NCBI GenBank assembly: GCA_002269645.1
Contig: NIVC01000595.1
Location: forward strand, 1-36,020
Source: Macrostomum lignano
Taxonomy: Eukaryota
DNA: 36,020 nt
Direction: 5' to 3'
Each line of letters starts with the position of its first letter. The first letter of the stretch is position 1. The position numbers and the translations under genes were made by a program. The notes beneath the pieces are model-generated. The model was given only the letters and a program-made list of their open reading frames with translations, was not told the DNA's origin and made no database searches. Below are positions 8,540-21,500 of this stretch, piece after piece.

Positions 8540-11500
8540 GTGAGTGACGCGTTTCTGTCAGTTTCCTTGTAGATCTGTGTGAGTGAGGCGTTTCTGTCAG
8601 TTTCGAGTAGTTCTGGGTGAGTGAGGCGTTTCTGTCAGTTTCCTTGTAGTTCTGGGTGAGTGAGGCGTTTCTGTCAGTTTCGAGTAGTTCTGGGTGAGTG
8701 AGGCGTTTCTGTCAGTTTCCTTGTAGTTCTGGGTGAGTGAGGCGTTTCTGTCAGTTTCCTTGTAGTTCTGGGTGAGTGAGGCGTTTCTGTCAGTTACCTT
8801 GTAGTTCTGTGTGAGTGAGGCGTTTCTGTCAGTTTCGAGTAGTTCTGGGTGAGTGAGGCGTTTCTGTCAGTTTCCTTGTAGTTCTGGGTGAGTGAGGCGT
8901 TTCTGTCAGTTTCCTTGTAGTTCTGGGTGAGTGAGGCGTTTCTGTCAGTTTCCTTGTAGTTCTGGGTGAGTGAGGCGTTTCTGTCAGTTTCCTTGCAGTT
9001 CTGGGTGAGTGAGGCGTTTCTGTCAGTTTCCTTGTAGTTCTGGGTGAGTGAGGCGTTTCTGTCAGTTTCATTGTAGTTCTGGGTGAGTGAGGCGTTTCTG
9101 TCAGTTTCCTTGTAGTTCTGTGTGAGTGAGGCGTTTGTGTCAGTTTCGTTGTAGTTCTGTGTGAGTGAGGTGTTTCTCTCAGTTGCCTTGTAGTTCTGTG
9201 TGAGTCAGGCGTTTCTGTCAGTTTCGTTGTAGTTCTGATTGAGTGAGGCGTTTCTGTTAGTTTCCTTGTAGTTCTGTGTGAGTGAGGTGTTTCTCTCAGT
9301 TGCCTTGTAGTTCTGTGTGAGTGAGGCGTTTCTGTCAGTTTCCTTGTAGTTCTGTGTGAGTGAGGCGTTTGTGTCAGTTGTTTCCTTGTAGTTCTGTGTG
9401 AGTGAGGCGTTTGTGTCAGTTGTTTCCTTGTAGTTCTGTGTGAGTGAGGCGTTTGTGTCAGTTGTTTCCTTGTAGTTCTGTGTGAGTGAGGTGTTTCTCT
9501 CAGTTGCCTTGTAGTTCTGTGTGAGTGAGGCGTTTCTGTCAGTTTCATTGTAGTTCTGTGTGAGTGAGGCGTTTCTGTCAGTTTCATTGTAGTTCTGTGT
9601 GAGTGAGGCGTTTCTGTCAGTTTCCTTGTAGTTCTGTGTGAGTGAGGCGTTTCTGTTAGTTTCCTTGTAGTTCTGGGTGAGTGAGGCGTTTCTGTCAGTT
9701 TCCTTGTAGTTCTGGGTGAGTGAGGCGTTTCTGACAGTTTCGTTGTAGTTCTGTGTGAGTGAGGCGTTTCTGTCAGTTTCATTGTAGTTCTGGGTGAGTG
9801 AGGCGTTTGTGTCCGTTTCCTTGTAGTTCTGTGTGAGTGAGGCGTTTGTGTCAGTTGTTTCCTTGTAGTTCTGTGTGAGTGAGGTGTTTCTCTCAGTTGC
9901 CTTGTAGTTCTGTGTGAGTGAGGCGTTTCTGTCAGTTTCCTTGTAGTTCTGTGTGAGTGAGGCGTTTCTGTCAGTTTCCTTGTAGTTCTGTGTGAGTGAG
10001 GCGTTTGTGTCAGTTTCCTTGTATTTCTGTGTGAGTGAGGCGTTTCTGTCAGTTTCCTTGTAGTTCTGTGTGAGTGAGGCGTTTGTGTCAGTTGTTTCCT
10101 TGTAGTTCTATGTGAGTGAGGTGTTTCTGTCAGTTTCCTTGTATTTCTGTGTGAGTGAGGGGTTTCTGTCAGTTGTTTCCTTGTAGTTCTGTGTGAGTGA
10201 GGTGTTTCTCTCAGTTGCCTTGTAGTTCTGTGTGAGTGAGGCGTTTCTGTCAGTTTCCTTGTAGTTCTGTGTGAGTGAGGCGTTTGTGTCAGTTGTTTCC
10301 TTGTAGTTCTGTGTGAGTGAGGCGTTTGTGTCAGTTTCCTTGTATTTCTGTGTGAGTGAGGCGTTTCTGTCAGTTTCCTTGTAGTTCTGTGTGAGTGAGG
10401 CGTTTGTGTCAGTTTCCTTGTAGTTCTGTGTGAGTGAGGCGTTTCTGTCAGTTTCCTTGTAGTTCTGTGTGAGTGAGGCGTTTCTGTCAGTTTCCTTGTA
10501 GTTCTGTGTGAGTGAGGCGTTTCTGTCAGTTTTCTTGTAGTTCTGTGTGAGTGAGGCGTTTGTGTCAGTTTCCTTGTAGTTCTGTGTGAGTGAGGCGTTT
10601 CTGTCAGTTTCCTTGTAGTTCTGTGCGATTGAGGCGTTTCTGTCAGTTTCCTTGTAGTTCTGTGTGAGTGAGGCGTTTATGTCAGTTTCGTTGTAGTTCT
10701 GGGTGAGTGAGGCGTTTGTCAGTTTCCTTGTAGTTCTGGGTGAGTGAGGCGTTGCTGTCAGTTTCCTTGTAGCTCTGTGTGAGTGAGGCGTTTCTGTCAG
10801 TTTCCTTGTAGTTCTGTGTGAGTGAGGCGTTTCTGTCAGTTTCGTTGTAGTTCTGTGTGAGTGAGGCGTTTCTGTCAGTTTCCTTGTAGCTCTGTGTGAG
10901 TGAGGCGTTTCTCTCAGTTTCCTTGTAGTTCTGTGCGATTGAGGCGTTTCTGTCAGTTTCCTTGTAGTTCTGTGTGAGTGAGGCGTTTCTGTCAGTTTCC
11001 TTGTAGTTCTGTGTGAGTGAGGCGTTTCTGTCAGTTTCCTTGTAGTTCTGTGTGAGTGAGGCGTTTCTGTTAGTTTCCTTGTAGTTCTGTGCGATTGAGG
11101 CGTTTCTGTCAGTTTCCTTGTAGTTCTGTGTGAGTGAGGCGTTTATGTCAGTTTCGTTGTAGTTCTGGGTGAGTGAGGCGTTTGTCAGTTTCCTTGTAGT
11201 TCTGTGTGAGTGAGGCGTTTCTGTCAGTTTCCTTGTAGTTCTGTGCGATTGAGGCGTTTCTGTCAGTTTCCTTGTAGTTCTGTGCGATTGAGGCGTTTCT
11301 GTCAGTTTCCTTGTAGTTCTGTGTGAGTGAGGCGTTTATGTCAGTTTCGTTGTAGTTCTGGGTGAGTGAGGCGTTGCTGTCAGTTTCCTTGTAGCTCTGT
11401 GTGAGTGAGGCGTTTCTGTCAGTTTCCTTGTAGTTCTGTGTGAGTGAGGCGTTTCTGTCAGTTTCCTTGTAGTTCTGTGTGAGTGAGGCGTTTCTGTCAG

Positions 11501-14500
11501 TTTCCTTGTAGTTCTGTGTGAGTGAGGCGTTTCTGTCAGTTTCCTTGTAGTTCTGTGTGAGTGAGGCGTTTGTGTCAGTTGTTTCCTTGTAGTTCTGTGT
11601 GAGTGAGGCGTTTGTGTCAGTTGTTTCCTTGTAGTTCTGTGTGAGTGAGGCGTTTGTGTCAGTTGTTTCCTTGTAGATCTGTGTGAGTGAGGCGTTTGTG
11701 TCAGTTGTTTCCTTGTAGTTCTGTGTGAGTGAGGTGTTTCTCTCAGTTGCCTTGTAGTTCTGTGTGAGTGAGGCGTTTCTGTCAGTTTCATTGTAGTTCT
11801 GGGTGAGTGAGGCGTTTCTGTCAGTTTCCTTGTAGTTCTGTGTGAGTGAGGCGTTTGTGTCAGTTGTTTCCTTGTAGTTCTGTGTGAGTGAGGCGTTTGT
11901 GTCAGTTGTTTCCTTGTAGCTCTGGTTGAGTGAGGCATTTCTGTTAGTTTCCTTGTACTCGTAGTTCTGTGTGAGTGAGGCGTTTCTGTCAGTTTCCTTG
12001 TAGCTCTGTGTGAGTGAGGCATTTCTGTTAGTTTCCTTGTACTCGTAGTTCTGTGTGAGTGAGGCGTTTCTGTTAGTTTCCTTGTAGTTCTGTGTGAGTG
12101 AGGCGTTTCTCTCAGTTTCCTTGTAGTTCTGTGCGATTGAGGCGTTTCTGTCAGTTTCCTTGTAGTTCTGTGTGAGTCAGGCGTTTCTGTCAGTTTCGTT
12201 GTAGTTCTGGGTGAGTGAGGCGTTTGTCAGTTTCCTTGTAGCTCTGGGTGAATGAGGCGTTTCTGTTAGTTTCCTTGTAGTTCTGTGTGAGTGAGGCGTT
12301 TCTCTCAGTTTCCTTGTAGTTCTGTGTGAGTGAGGCGTTTGTGTCAGTTGCCTTGTAGTTCTGGGTGAGTGAGGCGTTTCTGTCAGTTTCCTTGTAGTTC
12401 TGTGTGAGTGAGGCGTTTGTGTCAGTTGTTTCCTTGTAGTTCTGTGTGAGTGAGGCGTTTGTGTCAGTTGTTTCCTTGTAGTTCTGTGTGAGTGAGGCGT
12501 TTCTGTTAGTTTCCTTGTAGTTCTGTGCGATTGAGGCGTTTCTGTCAGTTTCCTTGTAGTTCTGTGTGAGTGAGGCGTTTATGTCAGTTTCGTTGTAGTT
12601 CTGGGTGAGTGAGGCGTTTGTCAGTTTCCTTGTAGTTCTGTGTGAGTGAGGCGTTTCTGTCAGTTTCCTTGTAGTTCTGTGCGATTGAGGCGTTTCTGTC
12701 AGTTTCCTTGTAGTTCTGTGCGATTGAGGCGTTTCTGTCAGTTTCCTTGTAGTTCTGTGTGAGTGAGGCGTTTATGTCAGTTTCGTTGTAGTTCTGGGTG
12801 AGTGAGGCGTTGCTGTCAGTTTCCTTGTAGCTCTGTGTGAGTGAGGCGTTTCTGTCAGTTTCCTTGTAGTTCTGTGTGAGTGAGGCGTTTCTGTCAGTTT
12901 CCTTGTAGTTCTGTGTGAGTGAGGCGTTTCTGTCAGTTTCCTTGTAGTTCTGTGTGAGTGAGGCGTTTCTGTCAGTTTCCTTGTAGTTCTGTGTGAGTGA
13001 GGCGTTTGTGTCAGTTGTTTCCTTGTAGTTCTGTGTGAGTGAGGCGTTTGTGTCAGTTGTTTCCTTGTAGTTCTGTGTGAGTGAGGCGTTTGTGTCAGTT
13101 GTTTCCTTGTAGATCTGTGTGAGTGAGGCGTTTGTGTCAGTTGTTTCCTTGTAGTTCTGTGTGAGTGAGGTGTTTCTCTCAGTTGCCTTGTAGTTCTGTG
13201 TGAGTGAGGCGTTTCTGTCAGTTTCATTGTAGTTCTGGGTGAGTGAGGCGTTTCTGTCAGTTTCCTTGTAGTTCTGTGTGAGTGAGGCGTTTGTGTCAGT
13301 TGTTTCCTTGTAGTTCTGTGTGAGTGAGGCGTTTGTGTCAGTTGTTTCCTTGTAGCTCTGGTTGAGTGAGGCATTTCTGTTAGTTTCCTTGTACTCGTAG
13401 TTCTGTGTGAGTGAGGCGTTTCTGTCAGTTTCCTTGTAGCTCTGTGTGAGTGAGGCATTTCTGTTAGTTTCCTTGTACTCGTAGTTCTGTGTGAGTGAGG
13501 CGTTTCTGTTAGTTTCCTTGTAGTTCTGTGTGAGTGAGGCGTTTCTCTCAGTTTCCTTGTAGTTCTGTGCGATTGAGGCGTTTCTGTCAGTTTCCTTGTA
13601 GTTCTGTGTGAGTCAGGCGTTTCTGTCAGTTTCGTTGTAGTTCTGGGTGAGTGAGGCGTTTGTCAGTTTCCTTGTAGCTCTGGGTGAATGAGGCGTTTCT
13701 GTTAGTTTCCTTGTAGTTCTGTGTGAGTGAGGCGTTTCTCTCAGTTTCCTTGTAGTTCTGTGTGAGTGAGGCGTTTGTGTCAGTTGCCTTGTAGTTCTGG
13801 GTGAGTGAGGCGTTTCTGTCAGTTTCCTTGTAGTTCTGTGTGAGTGAGGCGTTTGTGTCAGTTGTTTCCTTGTAGTTCTGTGTGAGTGAGGCGTTTGTGT
13901 CAGTTGTTTCCTTGTAGTTCTGTGTGAGTGAGGCGTTTGTGTCAGTTGTTTCCTTGTAGTTCTGTGTGAGTGAGGTGTTTCTCTCAGTTGCCTTGTAGTT
14001 CTGTGTGAGTGAGGCGTTTCTGTCAGTTTCATTGTAGTTCTGGGTGAGTGAGGCGTTTCTGTCAGTTTCCTTGTAGTTCTGTGTGAGTGAGGCGTTTCTG
14101 TTAGTTTCCTTGTAGTTCTGTGTGAGTGAGGCGTTTGTGTCAGTTGTTTCCTTGTAGCTCTGGTTGAGTGAGGCATTTCTGTTAGTTTCCTTGTACTCGT
14201 AGTTCTGTGTGAGTGAGGCGTTTCTGTCAGTTTCCTTGTAGCTCTGTGTGAGTGAGGCATTTCTGTTAGTTTCCTTGTACTCGTAGTTCTGTGTGAGTGA
14301 GGCGTTTCTGTTAGTTTCCTTGTAGTTCTGTGTGAGTGAGGCGTTTCTCTCAGTTTCCTTGTAGCTCTGTGTGAGTGAGGCGTTTCTCTCAGTTTCCTTG
14401 TAGTTCTGTGCGATTGAGGCGTTTCTGTCAGTTTCCTTGTAGTTCTGTGTGAGTCAGGCGTTTCTGTCAGTTTCGTTGTAGTTCTGGGTGAGTGAGGCGT

Positions 14501-14976
14501 TTGTCAGTTTCCTTGTAGTTCTGGTTGAGTGAGGCGTTTCTGTCAGTTTCCTTGTAGCTCTGGGTGAATGAGGCGTTTCTGTTAGTTTCCTTGTACTCGT
14601 AGTTCTGTGTGAGTGAGGCGTTTCTGTTAGTTTCCTTGTAGTTCTGTGTGAGTGAGGCGTTTGTGTCAGTTGTTTCCTTGTAGTTCTGTGTGAGTGAGGC
14701 GTTTCTCTCAGTTGCCTTGTAGTTCTGTGTGAGTGAGGCGTTTGTGTCAGTTGTTTCCTTGTAGTTCTGTGTGAGTGAGGTGTTTCTCTCAGTTGCCTTG
14801 TAGTTCTGTGTGAGTGAGGCGTTGCTGTCAGTTTCCTTGTAGCTCTGTGTGAGTGAGGCGTTTGTGTGAGTTTCCTTGTAGTTCTGTGTGAGTGAGGCGT
14901 TTCTGTTAGTTTCCTTGTAGTTCTGGGTGAGTGAGGCGTTTCTGTCAGTTTCCTTGTAGTTCTGGGTGAGTGAGGC
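8535..14976. repeat. 39-bp satellite (GTGAGTGAGGCGTTTCTGTCAGTTTCCTTGTAGTTCTGT) with 37/42/45-bp variants, about 160 copies
   Basis: Continuous tandem array; source of the (RKLTETPHSHRTT)n minus-strand ORFs. Confidence 0.97.
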
Positions 14977-17544
14977 CCCATCTAGCTTGTACTTTTCCCG
15001 CTTCTTATCTTTTTGTCTCTTTTTGCACTGTTTTTCTGCGCTCTCTCCCTTTTCTGGTACCTACTTACAGTACTTTGTGCGCTCACCGTCTCCCCACCCC
15101 TTAGTAAACTCCCAAACGGTGACGAAAGTCTTGTGACCCCTCTTTCCCCTCGATGACTCATCGATGACTCACCACCCCCTCTTGCGCAACCTTTTCTCAT
15201 GCAATTGCTCTCCTCTCCAAATTTCTCATGCCACACCCACCCCACCTCCGGTTCTATTGTTCTCGTTTTTGATTCTTTTGTTCTCATTTTCGCACCCAAT
15301 TAGCACCTTTTCTCCAATGTTTACTTTTCTATTGTTCTCGGTTCTCCCCAATTATCCCCGATTTCTATTTCCTTTGTCCTCGACCCCACCCCAATTGTTC
15401 TCAATGTTTGCTTGCGCAACATTTTCGCGACCTCCCGCTGCGCCAATTATGCTCCCACCCCACCTCTGGATTGCACAATTTTCCCATTTCTCATGTTGCT
15501 TTGCCATTCTCATGCTTCTCATCATGACTCATTCTGGCGTCATTCTGCCGGCAGCCAATCAGAGAGAGAGAGAGTCATGGAAACGACCTTGGAGCGGCGG
15601 CTGGGAAGGCTATATAAGGAAGCGTCATAAGGAAGGCTATATAAGAACCCTCAGACGCTTACTCTAAGGCTTTTGTCTTGTCCCTATTGTGGGCTTGCTG
15701 TCAGACCTCGATCTGACCCATTCGTCTATAGGACGAACCTCTGCCGGTCCGCGGTCTGTCACCGCCAAGTTATCTTCAGCTCCCCAAGTGAGCTCATCTG
15801 TCGGTCCGCGGTCTGTCACCGCCAATCATCTTCAGCATCGCCTGAACTACATCAGCGCCTCGTCGCTTCAGCGCATCGCCGCTTCACTGCCTGCCCGACT
15901 GCAGCCAATAGCCGCCCACGGTCACTCCATCGCTCTCTCTCTCTCCCTCTCTCTGTGCAGCCGCAGGTAAGTTCCTATTACTAATTTGTGCTCTGATTGC
16001 CTTGCTTATCCGGGGTTCGCCTATTTTCCATTGCTTAATTAGAGAGCTGAGCCAATCTTGATACCGTATATTTTGCTGTATTTTACTCAATAGTGAAGCC
16101 GCCTTATTGCCCGATTATTTTGCCTAAGGGCCTAATTATTAACTATTACTAACCTCCTCATTATTCACTCTTTCACCATCATTTCATTCATGGCTTGCTA
16201 AGCCTTTCTCCCTGAGTGGCAAAGCATAAGGAAGTTTGGGTAAGCTAATGGCCTCTCCCCGTGCAAAGCTCGCCTGTGAGTGCGTGCTGCGGGTCCGAGT
16301 GTGCGTGCAGTAGAGGGGATTAGCGAGTCTTGGCACAGAATGGCAGTAGGAAGGTTGCAACCCCATGCTGACGTGCCCCTTCGCCCTGAGCAATCGAAAC
16401 TAGAGACAGTACATGTTCGCCTCACACTACTCTTAGTAATTGAAGCCGCAAGTCAGCCTCGCTCACAGCCACAAAGGATCCCCTGATGAGAAATCCTCCA
16501 GATTGAGCCCAGAGTTCCCGATCATGCCCCAAGCAGAGTCCCTGTACTCGGCTGCATGTGTCTCCCCTGTTAGCCTAAATCCCCTGGTAACCAATCCAGG
16601 CGGGGCTCTAGTCTCGAGAGGTCTGGTAATAAGATCCAGGTGCGCCAGGTCACATAGAGCGGTGGCAGCCATTCGGTCATGCTCTGACCGAGTGACCAAC
16701 TATTGCACCTTGGCTACAGGTGGGGTCCATGTGGGTCCTTGGCCCTCTGGTCACGAGAGCGCTACCAAAGCTATCAATCATTGGGTGGGACAGTCTGGTG
16801 CTGGAGGTCCGTCAGGTCATTGCCCGGTCATAGGCAGCCTACGGTCATTGCCCCCTCTGGTCATGCGTTCGTCTCTCAACGGAGCGGACGGGCGACAAGG
16901 GCGGTTACATCAGCATCATGTTGATTTCGCTTATTAAACTCTTTTCGTGTATTTTTAAAGCAATAACATCCCTCAGCTTGCTATTAGTAACAACTATTGG
17001 AAATAGATAGCTCGTAGCTCGGATCCTGTCGAAGGATCGGAGTTCGAACTTGTCGGAGGCATGGGTTCATTGCCTGAATCTACGTCACGCTGATCTGATC
17101 TTGACAGTTCTTTGATTTCCCTGGAATCCCTGAGCCGTCTTCTCCCAGCTCAAAATGACCACCCCGCTCAATAAGAAGGAGCTCGGACATCGACTGCTCT
17201 CCTGCCGACGACCACTTCTACCGACTGCAACGGACCGGTGTGAAGTCTAGGTTAGCGTGCCGAAAAAAAGATGGCCTCTGTGTGGCTTTGTTTGCTCAGT
17301 ATATTTATTAGTCAATGTTGGGTTAAGGGTGAAGCGATGCGTGATTGGTCGAGAATCGGTAAACAAGTTTAGGCGAGAGAAGTGAGTCATGAATAATGTG
17401 GGGCAGAGAGTGCAGCACACGGCCTACAACCGGATGGTTGAGCTCTGCTCCCCAGTGACGCGCCGCCGTCTCGGGTGTTTGCACCATTTGCATATTTATT
17501 TACATAATTAACATTATTCCATCATTACATCACTAAAACCTATT
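14977..17544. other. Unique 2.57-kb island of unknown nature between two satellites
   Basis: Non-repetitive, no recognisable protein; CT-rich first 600 bp, short internal direct repeats, promoter-like motifs. Confidence 0.4.
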
Positions 17545-18226
17545 GCCTCACTGACACCTATTCCAATACCTCACTGACACCTATTCCAATGCCTCACTGA
17601 CACCTATTCTAATGCCTCACTGACACCTATTCCAATGCCTCACTGACACCTATTCCAATGCCTCACTGACACCTATTCCAATGCCTCACTGACACCTATT
17701 CCAATGCCTCACTGACACCTATTCCAATGCCTCACTGACACCTATTCTAATGCCTCACTGACACCTATTCCAATGCCTCACTGACACCTATTCCAATGCC
17801 TCACTGACACCTATTCCAATGCCTCACTGACACCTATTCCAATGCAGCACTGACACCTATTCCAATGCCTCACGTACACCTATTCCAATGCCTCACTGAC
17901 ACTTATTCCAATGCCTCACTGACACCTATTCCAATGCCTTACTGACATATATTCCAATGCAGTACTGACACATATTCCAATGCCTTACTGACACCTATTC
18001 CAATGCCTCACTGACACCTATTCCAATGCCTCACTGACACCTATTCCAATGCCTCACGTACACCTATTCCAATGCCTCACTGACACCTATTCCAATGCCT
18101 CACTGACACCTATTCCAATGCCTTACTGACATATATTCCAATGCAGTACTGACACATATTCCAATGCCTCACTGAAGTCTATTATAATGACTCACTGACA
18201 CCTTTTCCAATGCATTACTGACACTC
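17539..18226. repeat. 23-bp minisatellite (same family as 5607-5955), about 30 copies
   Basis: ACACCTATTCCAATGCCTCACTG units. Confidence 0.95.
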
Positions 18227-18300
18227 ACTAGATGTCTTGTCGAACCAATATTCAGATATTTTTCGCGGATATATTGAAAAATCGAAAAAAAATCGCAGAG

Positions 18301-18373
18301 CGACCACGCCAGGACTCGAACCTGGAATCTTCTGATCCGTAGTCAGACGCGTTATCCATTGCGCCACGCGGCC
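18301..18373 (-). tRNA. tRNA-Arg(ACG)
   Basis: Identical 73-nt sequence; T8 terminator at 18285-18292. Confidence 0.97.
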
Positions 18374-18599
18374 CTCGGCAGCAGAACTGCCTCAGTCTGT
18401 CAAATAAAATTGAAAATACTGAATCTGATTTCCAGATTTATTTGACCTGCTGTCGTCAGCCAGAGCCGTCACAAAGCGGTTATGTGCGGCAGGTTTTCTG
18501 TATTCAGGTATCTTCGTATACCTGCTGAACCTGTAGCATTGTCGCTTGCCTTAATAACCTTTTCCATTCTCTCCATTGCAATACAAACTAACTGACTGT

Positions 18600-21500
18600 G
18601 ATAATGCTCAACCCAGTCACACCTGATAATGCTCAACCCAGTCACACCTGATAATGCTCAACCCAGTCACACCTGATAATGCTCAACCCAGTCACACCTG
18701 ATAATGATCAAGCCAGTCACACCTGATAATGCTCAACCCAGTCACACCTGATAATGCTCAACCCAGTCACACCTGATAATGCTCAACCCAGTCACACCTG
18801 ATAATGCTCAACCCAGTCACACCTGATAATGCTCAACCCAGTCACACCTGATAATGATCAAGCCAGTCACACCTGATAATGCTCAACCCAGTCACACCTG
18901 ATAATGATCAAGCCAGTCACACCTGATAATGCTCAACCCAGTCACACCTGATAATGCTCAACCCAGTCACACCTGATAATGCTCAACCCAGTCACACCTG
19001 ATAATGCTCAACCCAGTCACACCTGATAATGCTCAACCCAGTCACACCTGATAATGCTCAACCCAGTCACACCTGATAATGCTCAACCCAGTCACACCTG
19101 ATAATGCTCAACCCAGTCACACCTGATAATGCTCAACCCAGTCACACCTGATAATGCTCAACCCAGTCACACCTGATAAAGATCAACCCAGACACACCTG
19201 ATAATGATCAAGCCAGTCACACCTGATACTGATCAAGCCATTCACACCTGATAATGATCAAGCCAGTCACACCTGAAAATGCTCAAGCCAGTCACACCTC
19301 ATAATGATCAAGCCAATCACACCTGATAATGATCAAGCCAGTAACACCTGATAACGATCAAGCCAGTCACACCTGATAATGTTCAAGCCATTCACACCTG
19401 ATAATGATCAAGCCAGTCACACCTGATAATGATCAAGCCAGTCACACCTGAAAATGCTCAAGCCAGTCACACCTGATAATGATCAAGCCAGTCACACCTG
19501 ATAATGATCAAGCCAGTTACACCTGCTAATGATCAAGCCAGTCACACCTGATAATGATCAAGCCAGGGACACCTGATAATGATCAAGCCAGTTACACCTG
19601 ATAATGATCAAGCCAGTCACACCTGATAATGCTCAAGCCAGTCACACCTGATAATGATCAAGCCAGTCACACCTGATAATGATCAAGCCAGTTACACCTG
19701 CTAATGATCAAGCCAGTCACACCTGATAATGATCAAGCCAGGGACACCTGATAATGATCAAGCCAGTTACACCTGATAATGATCAAGCCAGTCACACCTG
19801 ATAATGATCAAGCCAGGGACACCTGATAATGCTCAACCCAGTCACACCTGATAATGCTCAACCCAGTCACACCTGATAAAGATCAAGCCAGTCACACCTG
19901 ATAATGCTCAACCCAGTCACACCTGATAATGCTCAACCCAGTCACACCTGATAATGCTCAACCCAGTCACACCTGATAATGCTCAACCCAGTCACACCTG
20001 ATAATGCTCAACCCAGTCACACCTGATAATGCTCAACCCAGTCACACCTGATAAAGATCAACCCACACCTGATAATGCTCAACCCATTCACACCTGATAA
20101 TGCTCAACCCAGTCACACCTGATAATGCTCAAACCAGTCACACCTGATAATGCTCAACCCAGTCACACCTGATAATGCTCAACCCAGTCACACCTGATAA
20201 TGCTCAACCCAGTCACACCTGATAATGCTCAAACCAGTCACACCTGATAATGCTCAACCCAGTCACACCTGATAATGCTCAACCCAGTCACACCTGATAA
20301 TGCTCAACCCAGTCACACCTGATAATGCTCAACCCAGTCACACCTGATAAAGATCAACCCAGACACACCTGATACTGATCAAGCCATTCACACCTGATAA
20401 TGATCAAGCCAGTCACACCTGAAAATGCTCAAGCCAGTCACACCTGATAATGATCCAGCCAGTCACACCTGATAATGATCAAGCCAGTCACACCTGATGA
20501 TGATCAAGCCAGTCACACCGGAAAATGCTCAACCCAGTCACACCTGATAATGATCAAGCTAGTCACACCTGATAATGATCAAGCCAGTCACACCTGAAAA
20601 TGCTCAAGCCAGTCATACCTGATAATGATCCAGCCAGTCACACCTGAAAATGCTCAAGCCAGTCACACCTGATAATGATCCAGCCAGTCACACCTGAAAA
20701 TGCTCGAGCCAGTCACACCTGATAATGATCAAGCCAGTCACACCTGATAATGATCCAGCCAGTCACACCCGATAATGATCAAGCTAGTCACACCTGATAA
20801 TGATCAAGCCAGTCACACCTGATAATGATCCAGCCAGTCACACCTGATAATGATCAAGCCAGTCACACCTGAAAATGCTCAAGCCAGTCACACCTGATAA
20901 TGATCCAGCCAGTCACACCAGATAATGACCCAGCCAGTCACACCCGATAATGATCAAGCCAGTCACACCTGATAATGATCAAGCCAGTCCCACCTGATAA
21001 TGATCAAGCCAGTCACACCTGATAATGATCAAGCCAGTCACACCTGATAATGTTCAAGCCAGTCACACCTGATAATGTTCAAGCCAGTCACACCTGATAA
21101 TGATCAAGCCAGGGACACCTGATAATGCTCAACCCAGTCACACCTGATAATGCTCAACCCAGTCACACCTGATAAAGATCAACCCAGACACACCTGATAA
21201 TGATCAAGCCAGTCACACCTGATACTGATCAAGCCATTCACACCTGATAATGATCAAGCCAGTCACACCTGAAAATGCTCAAGCCAGTCACACCTGATAA
21301 TGATCCAGCCAGTCACACCTGATAATGATCAAGCCAGTCACACCTGATGATGATCAAGCCAGTCACACCTGAAAATGCTCAACCCAGTCACACCTGATAA
21401 TGATCAAGCTAGTCACACCTGATAATGATCAAGCCAGTAACACCTGAAAATGCTCAAGCCAGTCACACCTGATAATGATCCAGCCAGTCACACCTGAAAA

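Noticed and set aside
8829-14981. Long minus-strand ORFs encoding (RKLTETPHSHRTT)n, with an ATG at the array edge (14981)
   Set aside because: A 39-bp unit lacking stops in one frame gives such ORFs automatically; 37-bp variants break the frame repeatedly; no signal peptide or unique domain.
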